Source: Gemmatimonadota bacterium
GTDB lineage: Bacteria > Gemmatimonadota > Gemmatimonadetes > Gemmatimonadales > GWC2-71-9
Assembly (NCBI GenBank): GCA_033763675.1
Contig: JANRJZ010000178.1
Location: 1-63,543 of the forward strand
Direction: 5' to 3'
DNA: 63,543 nucleotides
Within the stretch, counting starts at the first letter, position 1. Each line of letters begins with the position of its first letter. Positions 27,470-35,625 of this stretch are shown here, in pieces. Made by a program: the position numbers and the translations under genes. Below the pieces are notes generated by a model. That model ran no database searches. It was not told the origin of the DNA and worked only from the letters and a program-made list of their open reading frames with translations.

Positions 27470-27612
27470 GGGGCATCGGTCCTCCTCCCGCGCAGGGCGG
27501 GAGGGCGTACAGGGGGGTTGAGAGAGTAGCGCCGCCGCGGCCCCGGCGCACCGGTACCCATCCGCCTCGCCCCGCACACGATCCGGCCACGAGTGGCGCG
27601 ATCCTGTCTGGA

Positions 27613-28614
27613 GTGCGGCGCCCTCCGGCCGTAGCGTGCGGGGTGCAGACTCCCCCTGAGCCCCGCGCCCGCCGCCCCCGTGCCGCAGCCACCGTCTTTC
27701 TGATGGCGTCCCTTGCGCTGACCGTCAGCCCCCTGGACGGGCAGCGCTGCGGGCCGGAGGCGCTTCACCTGGAGCAGCTGGCGGTGCAGCCGCTGCCGCC
27801 GCACTTCGGCATCGATGGCGCGCTGTCGCTCGCGGATGGGGGCTACGCGCTCTGGTCCGCGGAGAGCGCCCTGCTCTTCATGTACCCGGATGGCCTCCGG
27901 GAGCGGCGCGCGCTGCCGGCCCTGCTCCACCCGGTCGGGCTGGCCGCCGACCCGGCCGGCTACCGCTTCCTCGATCGCGCCACCGGGATCGAGTACCGGC
28001 TCGGGGCCGACAGTATCCCGGAGCGGATCGGCGCCATGCCGCTCGCGCCCGGAGAGGAACTGGACGCCGCCCGCTGGAGCGACGGCGCATGGACCCTCGG
28101 TCTCCGCGACACCCGCGCCCGGCGCTTCCTGGTGCGGCGAGTGGACGGGGCCGGGGTCACCACGCTGTTCGCCTCCGCCGCCGCCGACTCGGTGCGGCAC
28201 ATCTCCCGATATCACCTGAGCGAGACCGGGTCCGCCCTCCTCCTCACCCGGCTCACCGAGCCGTTCGAGGTGCTGCGCCTGGAGCTCGCGACGGGCCGGG
28301 TGGATACCCTCGCGGTGCCGTTCCGGGACGCGGCACTCCGCGCGGCGCTGCCGGACACGGTGGCACAGTGGCGCGCGCTCCCCGCGGTGGCGCTCGACTG
28401 CGGCTGGCTGCTCACCCTGAGCGATCTCCGGAGCGACCGACGGCTGCTGCTGCGGTACGACGCCTCGGGCGGGCTCGCCAAGGTGACCCCGCTCGATGCC
28501 CCCTTCGGGGTGATGGCCGGGCGGCCGGCGGAGGGCACGCTGCTCGCCGCCCGGCGGGCCGGGGAGCTGGAGCTGGTCTGGTATCAATGGCGCTGGGTCC
28601 GGCAGGACCACTGA
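27613..28614 (+). CDS. ~330-aa hypothetical protein, module A copy 1 (propeller-like tail)
   Basis: Paralog of 31598-32554. Shared motifs: LSDLRSDRRLLLRYDASG..PLDAPFGV versus IADLRSDRRTIVRYDSAF..PIDAPWSI. It is divergent from the 254-aa gene. The start is uncertain (the GTG at 27613 or downstream). Confidence 0.6.
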   Translation: MRRPPAVACGVQTPPEPRARRPRAAATVFLMASLALTVSPLDGQRCGPEALHLEQLAVQPLPPHFGIDGALSLADGGYALWSAESALLFMYPDGLRERRALPALLHPVGLAADPAGYRFLDRATGIEYRLGADSIPERIGAMPLAPGEELDAARWSDGAWTLGLRDTRARRFLVRRVDGAGVTTLFASAAADSVRHISRYHLSETGSALLLTRLTEPFEVLRLELATGRVDTLAVPFRDAALRAALPDTVAQWRALPAVALDCGWLLTLSDLRSDRRLLLRYDASGGLAKVTPLDAPFGVMAGRPAEGTLLAARRAGELELVWYQWRWVRQDH

Positions 28615-28643
28615 CATCACGCACCACGAAAGGACTTGATCCG

Positions 28644-29102
28644 ATGAGACTCATGATTCGCACCGGCGCGGCCCTGGCCGCCCTGCTGCTCACCCTCGCC
28701 GTCGCCCCCACGCAGGCGCAGGTCACCGCCTCCCTGTCGGCCGTGACCGGCATGGCCAGCGCCACCACGCTGGAGAAGAAGCCCGGCTGCTGGGGCTGCG
28801 TCTACCCGTCGACGGGCGGCGTGTGCGTCGGGGGCTTCGTGCCCGGCTACTGGAACTGCACCCAGGTCTTCGGGGACTCCTGTTCCCTCAGCAGCCCGGG
28901 GTGTGGCGCGGGCGCCAGCCTGCCGCTCGACCCCGACGGCGCCACCCAGTACGTCTCGCGCGGCCGGGTGCTCGGGATTGAGGCCGGGCTGACGATTGAC
29001 GAGGCTGAATTCCGGAATTGTGAGGGCGCCATTGTTGCGCGGCGTCAGGCGGCTGACCAGATTGCAGCCGTCCGGGACCGGACGGCGACCCTGACGCTCT
29101 GA
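28644..29102 (+). CDS. Secreted 7-Cys protein (152 aa), module A copy 1
   Basis: Signal peptide MRLMIRTGAALAALLLTLAVAPTQAQ. Cys-rich core CWGC..GGVC..GYWNC..DSC..PGC, then NCEGAIVAR. Paralog of 32551-32979. AAGGA lies upstream of the ATG. Confidence 0.65.
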   Translation: MRLMIRTGAALAALLLTLAVAPTQAQVTASLSAVTGMASATTLEKKPGCWGCVYPSTGGVCVGGFVPGYWNCTQVFGDSCSLSSPGCGAGASLPLDPDGATQYVSRGRVLGIEAGLTIDEAEFRNCEGAIVARRQAADQIAAVRDRTATLTL

Positions 29103-29124
29103 ACCCGGTCCCGGACCCATCGCC

Positions 29125-30309
29125 ATGCGTGCCATGACATCTGCCGGTCTGGTGCTGCTGCTCGCGGCGGCACCAGCCGCGCTCCCGCCCGGGTTACCAT
29201 CCCGGGTGGACCTCGCGCCCGATTCCACCTTCGTGCTTCCGGACAGCGTCCTGGCCCAGCTCACACTGGTCACCGACCTGGCGCTCGATCCCGACGGCTC
29301 CCTCTACCTGGTGGACCGGAACTTCCCGGCCGTGCTGCACTTCGAGCGGAGCGGGGCGCTGCGCCGCATCATCGGCCGCCGGGGCGGCGGGCCCGGGGAG
29401 TTCAGCTACATCTACAGGGTGGGCGTCACCCGCGACTCGCTCTGGGCGGTGGATCCCGGCCTGCTCCGGATCACCATCTTTCCGACCAGCGGCGGGGGAC
29501 AGGTGACCGTCCCCTTCGGCTCCTCGCGCAACGATGCCGCCAGCGCGGTGCGCGAACCGGTCCGGCGCGGCATCCCCGCCGTGATGCTCGCCGATGGCGG
29601 CTTCGTGGTGGAAGACGCCCTCGGCATGGAATCCACCGGCGGGGTGCCCACCAGCATCGCGGTGCTCCGCACCGACCGGGACTTCGTCCTCCGGGACACG
29701 GTTACCGTGCTGCCCTTCGGCCATACCCCGCTCCGGTTTGTCTATCGCAACGGCGAAGCGCATTTCATGCAGCCGTTCAGCGACGACCCCACCATCGGCT
29801 ACGCCTCGGATGGCTCGCTGATCGCCCAAGTCAACCGCACCGCGGCGCGGGGGAGGGCGGAAAGCAGCTTCACCGTCACGGCCTGGCGCGGGGACGGGCG
29901 GCGGCTCTGGCAGCGCGAGGTGGCCTACCGGCCGGCCCGGATCACCCGCGCCATGGTGGACAGCGTGGCGGAACTGCTGGGCGGGATCCAGGACCCGCAG
30001 ATGCCGGCGCGCCCGGTGACCCCGGATTCGATCCGGGCCCGGCTGTACCGGCCGCCGATGCTGCCCCCGGTGGAGCAGGGGGTGGTGGGGCGGGATCAGA
30101 GCGTCTGGCTCAAGGTGCGCTTCGCCGATTCACCGCCCGGGCGGGCCGAGTGGCTGCTGCTTTCCCCCAGGGGGTTCCCGCTCCAGCGGGTCAACACCGA
30201 CGCGGGCTTCCGGCTGCTCGAGGCCGAGCGCGCGATGCTCTGGGGCGTGGAGGGGGATGCCGATGACATCCCGCGGGTGGTGCGGTATCGGGTATCCATG
30301 AACAGTTAG
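29125..30309 (+). CDS. Beta-propeller-like paralog family protein (copy 4), module A copy 1
   Basis: Signal peptide. Motif IGRRGGGPGEFSYIYRVGVTRDSLWAVDPGLLRITIF, very close to copy 5 (IGRRGRGPGEFLDIRSLGFSGDSLWVYDPAQLRITFW). Confidence 0.72.
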   Translation: MRAMTSAGLVLLLAAAPAALPPGLPSRVDLAPDSTFVLPDSVLAQLTLVTDLALDPDGSLYLVDRNFPAVLHFERSGALRRIIGRRGGGPGEFSYIYRVGVTRDSLWAVDPGLLRITIFPTSGGGQVTVPFGSSRNDAASAVREPVRRGIPAVMLADGGFVVEDALGMESTGGVPTSIAVLRTDRDFVLRDTVTVLPFGHTPLRFVYRNGEAHFMQPFSDDPTIGYASDGSLIAQVNRTAARGRAESSFTVTAWRGDGRRLWQREVAYRPARITRAMVDSVAELLGGIQDPQMPARPVTPDSIRARLYRPPMLPPVEQGVVGRDQSVWLKVRFADSPPGRAEWLLLSPRGFPLQRVNTDAGFRLLEAERAMLWGVEGDADDIPRVVRYRVSMNS

Positions 30310-30334
30310 GCGGGCGGGAAGGGTGGAAGCGGCG

Positions 30335-30368
30335 CAGCCCCCGTGCCACGCGAGTGGTGCGGGGGCTG
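30335..30368. terminator. Strong hairpin between convergent genes (likely bidirectional terminator)
   Basis: cagcccccgtgccac / GCGA loop / gtggtgcgggggctg. This is a 15-bp stem with two G-U pairs, followed by GTAGTTAT. Confidence 0.55.
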
Positions 30369-30422
30369 GTAGTTATCGGGGGTGTGGTTGGTGCAGCGCT
30401 GCCGGTCGGGGCCCGCGCCGGC

Positions 30423-31187
30423 TCACACCCCGGTTAACGCCGGCTGCCGCACCGCGCCCGAGGCCCGCCGGCTGGCCCCCGGCCACGTCACATAGCCGAA
30501 CCGCCGCAGCATGGCCTCCAGCTTCCACTCCCACCCGGGTGTGTCGAGGATGACGTGAGCGTCCACCCGCAGCAGCTCGGCGCTCCAGCGGCGGAGCGTC
30601 CGGGGGTCGGTGTCCGTGAGCCAGGCCTGCTGCTCCACCGAGCCCGCGGCGTGCGACTCACTAACGCGCAATAACCGGGTGAATGCGTCCCACTCCCGGC
30701 CGCGCAGCGGGCCGAAGGCCGCAAGCCGGCGGTCGAGCGCGCTCCGGGAGCGGGGTGGCGCTACCGTCGCGGGGTCGGTGTCGGTGTCGGGGAGGGTCAG
30801 CACATCCTCGATGGCCGCCCGCAGCTCCCGCGGCAAGCCCCGCGTGGCGCAATAGCCGAGGAGGTCGGTGCCGAGCGGCTGCGGACGGCTGCGGATGGCC
30901 TGGAACAGCCGTTCCGTCTCTCCCTCGAAGCTGCCCACCAGCGCGGCGGCGCCGCGCGGCAGGTGGGGCAGCGCCCTGGCGAGATCGGCCGGGGGAATCT
31001 TCTCCTCCACGAGCACCACCACCGCGCACCAAAGGGCGGCTCGGAGCGACTCGGCCACCGGCGCTGGGTGCCGGGCCGCGCGGCGGAGGTCCATGACCAC
31101 GGCATCCCCGAGGGAGGGGAGGACGCCAGGCTGCCAGGGTACCAGCGTGCGCGAGACCGCGCAGAGGGTGCGGAGGGGGTGGGGCAT
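30423..31187 (-). CDS. 254-aa HTH-like putative regulator, module A copy 2
   Basis: Paralog of 26705-27469 (TDPRTLRRWSAELL...PGWEWKLEAMLRRFG). It has the same orientation relative to its module. Confidence 0.6.
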   Translation of the reverse strand: MPHPLRTLCAVSRTLVPWQPGVLPSLGDAVVMDLRRAARHPAPVAESLRAALWCAVVVLVEEKIPPADLARALPHLPRGAAALVGSFEGETERLFQAIRSRPQPLGTDLLGYCATRGLPRELRAAIEDVLTLPDTDTDPATVAPPRSRSALDRRLAAFGPLRGREWDAFTRLLRVSESHAAGSVEQQAWLTDTDPRTLRRWSAELLRVDAHVILDTPGWEWKLEAMLRRFGYVTWPGASRRASGAVRQPALTGV

Positions 31188-31597
31188 GGGGTGCCAGATG
31201 GTACGGTGCAGGGGGTGAAGGCAAGCTAGCGGGTCAGAGTGGGTCCCGCCAGCGAGTGCTACGGCCAGCTCGGCGCCTCAAGCGGAAGCGCCGAAGTCAT
31301 CTTGCTCGCCTCGCCGGGGTGCGTCGCGGATGGCACAGTGCAGGTGGAGGATCAACCAATTGTCAAATGAGCCGGACGGTCTTGCTCACGGTAGGTGGCT
31401 GAGTCCAGAGTACAGGAATCGCGCAGGGACGCGTGATTCGTGTATGGCGTGAAAGGCTGGGCGCATCCATGCTGTGTGCGGACGGCCGGAATCGGAGCGG
31501 ATGTTGGCCAGTCGCTCCAGCGGCCTCCGGCACCGCATAGCGCCCGACTTAGGCCATGCGATCACGATCACCAGCAGGATGGTTCGTGCGCTACCTG

Positions 31598-32554
31598 ATG
31601 CCATGCACGGCCGTGGTGCTTGCCACCTGGTCTTGTTCCGATGCGGAGTCGCACCCCCCCAAGCTTGATCTTGTGGAGCGTGGGCGACTCACCCTGCCCG
31701 CCGGCTTCATTGCATCAGGTGTCTCGCAAAGCCAGACCGGTGCCGTCGTTGCATGGTCTAGCGTCGCCCCAGAAGTGCTAGTCTGGAGAAGTACTGCGGA
31801 GTCGCTTGCCATGGGCAGGCGGGCAGGGGTAACCGTCGAGGCAGACTACATAGGTGACACTCTTCGTTCAGTGGATGAGCTCGGTCAGGTCTGGGTCTCC
31901 GCGCCTATCGGGACCAACGCGGAACGAGTGGCGCGCATACCCATTCGAGCCAGCGAGCGCGTACTCGCCGCCCAGCCAAGCGCCGGCTTCTGGGTCGTCG
32001 CGCTCCAGCGGCGTGGTCGCAGCGCGGACGTTCAGCTCGCCTTCTGGCGGCCACCTATGGACAGCCTCAGTAGGACACCAACGACGATCAGCACGAGCGC
32101 GGCCGGGATGGTCTGGCTGGGACCGGCTGGGACTGCATCAGGGCTGGTGTCCGTCTCCTCGCTCCCGGACGTGGCGTACCGTGCGAAGCCTGAGGTTCCG
32201 ACTCTTGATCGCCTCGACTTGGATGTGCCGGGACAATTCCGGGCGGTGAATCAGCCGTTCGCGCTGCGATTTGCCGGCATGCCTCTTGTGCCAATAGCGA
32301 CCGGATACATCCGAGTCATCGCTGATCTCCGCAGCGATCGGCGCACCATCGTGCGGTATGACTCAGCGTTCGCGGTTCGCGCATGTGCTCCGATCGATGC
32401 GCCATGGTCTATCGTGGCGGCGACTCCCTCTGGCGGAAGCCTGGTGGCACTGGCCGGCGGGGATCCCCAGCACCTCATCGTATACGAAGTTCAGGAGTCC
32501 CCTGGGTCAAGGCAGGAAGTCACTTCAACTCACGAGAATCGAGGTTGCGAATGA
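31598..32554 (+). CDS. ~320-aa hypothetical lipoprotein, module A copy 2
   Basis: I chose the start at MPCTAVVLATWSC (lipobox-like). Paralog of 27613-28614. Confidence 0.6.
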   Translation: MPCTAVVLATWSCSDAESHPPKLDLVERGRLTLPAGFIASGVSQSQTGAVVAWSSVAPEVLVWRSTAESLAMGRRAGVTVEADYIGDTLRSVDELGQVWVSAPIGTNAERVARIPIRASERVLAAQPSAGFWVVALQRRGRSADVQLAFWRPPMDSLSRTPTTISTSAAGMVWLGPAGTASGLVSVSSLPDVAYRAKPEVPTLDRLDLDVPGQFRAVNQPFALRFAGMPLVPIATGYIRVIADLRSDRRTIVRYDSAFAVRACAPIDAPWSIVAATPSGGSLVALAGGDPQHLIVYEVQESPGSRQEVTSTHENRGCE

Positions 32555-32979
32555 GAGGACTCACTGGCGCCGTATTGACAGCGCTCGCGACAATCGTCGG
32601 CCTGAGCTATCCTTCAAGCACTCCCCTCACCGCGGAGGAGGCGACGCTCTGCCGAATCTGCGAACCCGGCGGTGGGGGCGGCGTCACCGGCCCGAATGAG
32701 GGGTGGAACTGCGCCTATTCCTCCCCCGGGTACAAGGGCTGCACAATCGCGGGTGGAATGTGTTCGAACTATGTCTGGGCACACTGCGGCGTCGCCTCAC
32801 TTCAGGTGATCCCTGTTGGTCTTGACGGGACACTGATCTGGGTCGCGGCTGCCGATGCTCCTCCCATGCAGCCGGCGTCGGACGGCTACACGAGACTCTG
32901 CGATGGAGCGATCGTCGCACGTGGGCCGCACCACGCGGTCGAGGTGGCGTGGGAAACCCCCAGCCAGATTCGGATCTAG
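32551..32979 (+). CDS. Secreted 7-Cys protein (142 aa), module A copy 2
   Basis: ATGA overlap with the upstream gene. Motifs: N-terminal hydrophobic segment, CRICEPGGGGG, EGWNC, KGC, GMC, AHC, LCDGAIVAR. Paralog of 28644-29102. Confidence 0.65.
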   Translation: MRGLTGAVLTALATIVGLSYPSSTPLTAEEATLCRICEPGGGGGVTGPNEGWNCAYSSPGYKGCTIAGGMCSNYVWAHCGVASLQVIPVGLDGTLIWVAAADAPPMQPASDGYTRLCDGAIVARGPHHAVEVAWETPSQIRI

Positions 32980-32998
32980 CGCCGGAAAGCTCCCTGAA

Positions 32999-34189
32999 AT
33001 GCTGCGAAGCAGGAACTTCCTTCCTTGGATGGCTGCCCTGGCGGGCGGTGGGCTACTCTCGCCAGGACAGCCACCCCGCGCCTTTCCCGCACCCGAGTGG
33101 AGGCTGGGGAGAGCCACGGTCATCGTACCCCGGGACGGCCCTGATGCCATCCAGCGGTTCGGGCCCATGGTCATCTCGGCAGAGGGTGCGATCTACGTGG
33201 CGGATCTGGCAGAGGCTCGGATTGGTGTGTTTGACTCCCTCGGGCGCCGAATGACCTGGATCGGACGGCGAGGGCGCGGGCCCGGAGAGTTCCTTGATAT
33301 CCGGTCACTGGGATTCAGCGGGGACAGCCTCTGGGTCTACGATCCAGCCCAACTTCGCATCACGTTCTGGAGTCTCACCGGCAAGCTCCGCACGTCAGTT
33401 TCACAAGACCGCTTCACCCATGGCAGGGTCGCGAGCGACTACCGTGTCCATGGACTCATGAAGGGAGGCGCCGCGCTTGTCGCCCAGACTCGCCGGCCAC
33501 CAACGGCTCCTGACCGCGGGGTGGACCCCCTGGTGTTTGAACTGATTCACGGCGCGAATGGCACCCCAGATACGCTGCTGGTTGCCGACATGTCCCATGA
33601 CTTGGCGTACCTCTGGGTGGCGGCCGGCCCGGTTGGCACACAGTACCAGCCATTTCGCGATGGGCCGCTCTCCGGCCCAAGCCCGGAGGGCGATGTCCAC
33701 GTGGTCGTCCACAGAGAGGCTCCTCGCCGCGGCCAATCAGGGCAGATCAGGGTTCTCAGAACCACATTCCCGGATCGCCGAGTTTCACGACAGACGATCG
33801 AGTTCACCCCGTCCCGCGTCCCTCCTGGCACCGTGGATTCCCTGCTCCAAAGCTTCGCCGGACACCTGGTGGCGATGCGGATCTACCCAAACACACAAGC
33901 GGCAATCAGGGAACTGCGGAGACGTGTTTTCCTCCCTGGCTGGTATCCCCCCATCTCGGATGCACGATTGGATCGCGAGGGGCGTCTGTGGCTGGCTGAT
34001 CCCGCGATCAGCGATCGGTCGGGCAGGCAGCCAACACGCTGGAGCGTGTACGCAGTGGACGGTCGCCTTCTTGGTGTGGTGTCCCTGCCTGCGCAGACAG
34101 TCCTGCTCACTGCATATCGAAAGAACCTGTTCGTCTTGCAGGCCGACTCGGAAGAGCGGGACGCCCTGGTGCGATTCCAAATTGAGTAG
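32999..34189 (+). CDS. Beta-propeller-like paralog family protein (copy 5), module A copy 2
   Basis: I chose the start at MLRSRNFLPWMAALAGGG. GRRGRGPGEF motif. The C-terminus is family-like (LFVLQADSEERDALVRFQIE). Confidence 0.7.
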   Translation: MLRSRNFLPWMAALAGGGLLSPGQPPRAFPAPEWRLGRATVIVPRDGPDAIQRFGPMVISAEGAIYVADLAEARIGVFDSLGRRMTWIGRRGRGPGEFLDIRSLGFSGDSLWVYDPAQLRITFWSLTGKLRTSVSQDRFTHGRVASDYRVHGLMKGGAALVAQTRRPPTAPDRGVDPLVFELIHGANGTPDTLLVADMSHDLAYLWVAAGPVGTQYQPFRDGPLSGPSPEGDVHVVVHREAPRRGQSGQIRVLRTTFPDRRVSRQTIEFTPSRVPPGTVDSLLQSFAGHLVAMRIYPNTQAAIRELRRRVFLPGWYPPISDARLDREGRLWLADPAISDRSGRQPTRWSVYAVDGRLLGVVSLPAQTVLLTAYRKNLFVLQADSEERDALVRFQIE

Positions 34190-34461
34190 TTGAACCGTCC
34201 AGGCAAACCCATGGTGGGCAGCAGCTCCTGCCGATGTGGGCAAGGGTGGGGTGATCCTGAGGCTCCCCTTGGACTGGGCCGGGCATCCAACCCGTAACAC
34301 TTCAGGCGCCCTCCTTTCCGTTCGCCCCCCCCGCTACCCCCCACCCTCCCTTCCCCCCAGATTAGAGGGTGCCCGGCTCCCCCATCCGGGCCTGCCCCCT
34401 GCGACCGATGCCCCCCCCAGGGCATCCTAGGGGGACCGAAATCCAGAGGACCTGACCCGCC

Positions 34462-35625
34462 ATGACCGACCCCCGCCGCCGGCACTCCCGGGCGCGCCGT
34501 GCCGCACCGCTCGCGGCGCTGCTCGCCAGCCTCCTCCTCCCCGCCTGCAAGGGGAAGGACGCCGGCGCTACTAGCGAGCCGCCCCCGGGCGCGACCGCCG
34601 ACGGTGACACCGCCGCCGCCTCGGGCAGCACCATCTCGCTGCCGGTCACCGGGGCCCTGGTCCGGCGCGGGGACCTGGTGCTCTCCATTGCCACCACCGG
34701 TCAGGTCCGTTCCGAAGCTGTCGCCCAGCTCAAGGTGGAAACCAACGGCACCGTGAACGAGGTGCTGGTGAAGCCCGGCGCCGTGGTCACCAAGGGGCAG
34801 GTGCTGGTCCGCCTGGATCCACGACCCTTCGACCTCGCCGTCCGCGAGGCGCAGGCCGCCCTCGACGAAGCCAACATCCGCCTCCAGGCCAACCTGGCCA
34901 GCGACTCGATCCTGCTTACTACGACGCAGGACGCCGAGCGGCAGCGGAACGCGGTGGCGCTCTCCGGCGTCCCCGGCGCGCAGGTGCGGCTGGAGCGCGC
35001 TCGGCTCGACCAGGAGCGCGCCACCATCACCGCCCCCTTCGATGGCATCGTGGATCGCATCGAGGTGGCCGCCGGCTCGCGAGTCAACTCGGGACAGGAC
35101 ATCGCCACGGTGGTGGACATGACCCACCTCCGCATCGAGGCCCAGGTGCTGGAGCATGACCTGCCGTTCGTGCGGGTGGGCGGCGAGGCCCGCATCTCCG
35201 CCCCCGCAATGGGCACCGACCCGCTCCGCGGCCGGATCACCGCCGTGCTGCCGCTGGTGGATACCGTGGCCCGCGCCGGTCGCGTGGTCGTGAGCGTAGG
35301 CGCCGGCGGCCGGTCGCCCCTCCGCCCCGGGTCGTACGCCGACCTCCGGCTCGAGGCCGCCCGCCTCCCCGATCGCATCATGGTCCCTGCCGCCGCCGTG
35401 ATCGAGCGCGACGGCCGCCCCCTCGTGTTCGTGGCGAAGGAAGGCCGCGCCCAGTGGGTGTACATCGTCCCCGGCCGGTCCAACGGCAGCGACACCGAGG
35501 TGCTCCCCGATTCCTCCACCGGTGAGATCCCGGTGGCCGTGGGCGACACGGTGCTGACCTCCGGTCACCTGACGCTGACGCACGACGCGCCGGTCCGGGT
35601 CACGCCCGCCGCTTCGCGTCCGTGA
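34462..35625 (+). CDS. RND efflux periplasmic adaptor (MFP/HlyD family), lipoprotein
   Basis: Lipobox LLLPAC. Barrel-sandwich and coiled-coil pattern (V.KGQVLVRLD, L..A.....A...L.RA.L....A.I.APFDG.V). Confidence 0.85.
   Translation: MTDPRRRHSRARRAAPLAALLASLLLPACKGKDAGATSEPPPGATADGDTAAASGSTISLPVTGALVRRGDLVLSIATTGQVRSEAVAQLKVETNGTVNEVLVKPGAVVTKGQVLVRLDPRPFDLAVREAQAALDEANIRLQANLASDSILLTTTQDAERQRNAVALSGVPGAQVRLERARLDQERATITAPFDGIVDRIEVAAGSRVNSGQDIATVVDMTHLRIEAQVLEHDLPFVRVGGEARISAPAMGTDPLRGRITAVLPLVDTVARAGRVVVSVGAGGRSPLRPGSYADLRLEAARLPDRIMVPAAAVIERDGRPLVFVAKEGRAQWVYIVPGRSNGSDTEVLPDSSTGEIPVAVGDTVLTSGHLTLTHDAPVRVTPAASRP

Noticed and set aside
34190-34461. C-rich/G-rich 270-nt intergenic region upstream of the first RND operon (contains the small hairpin gatgccc-ccccca-gggcatc), considered as an ncRNA or riboswitch
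   Set aside because: It shows no recognisable riboswitch or tRNA-like structure by eye. There is only one short hairpin, which is insufficient evidence.
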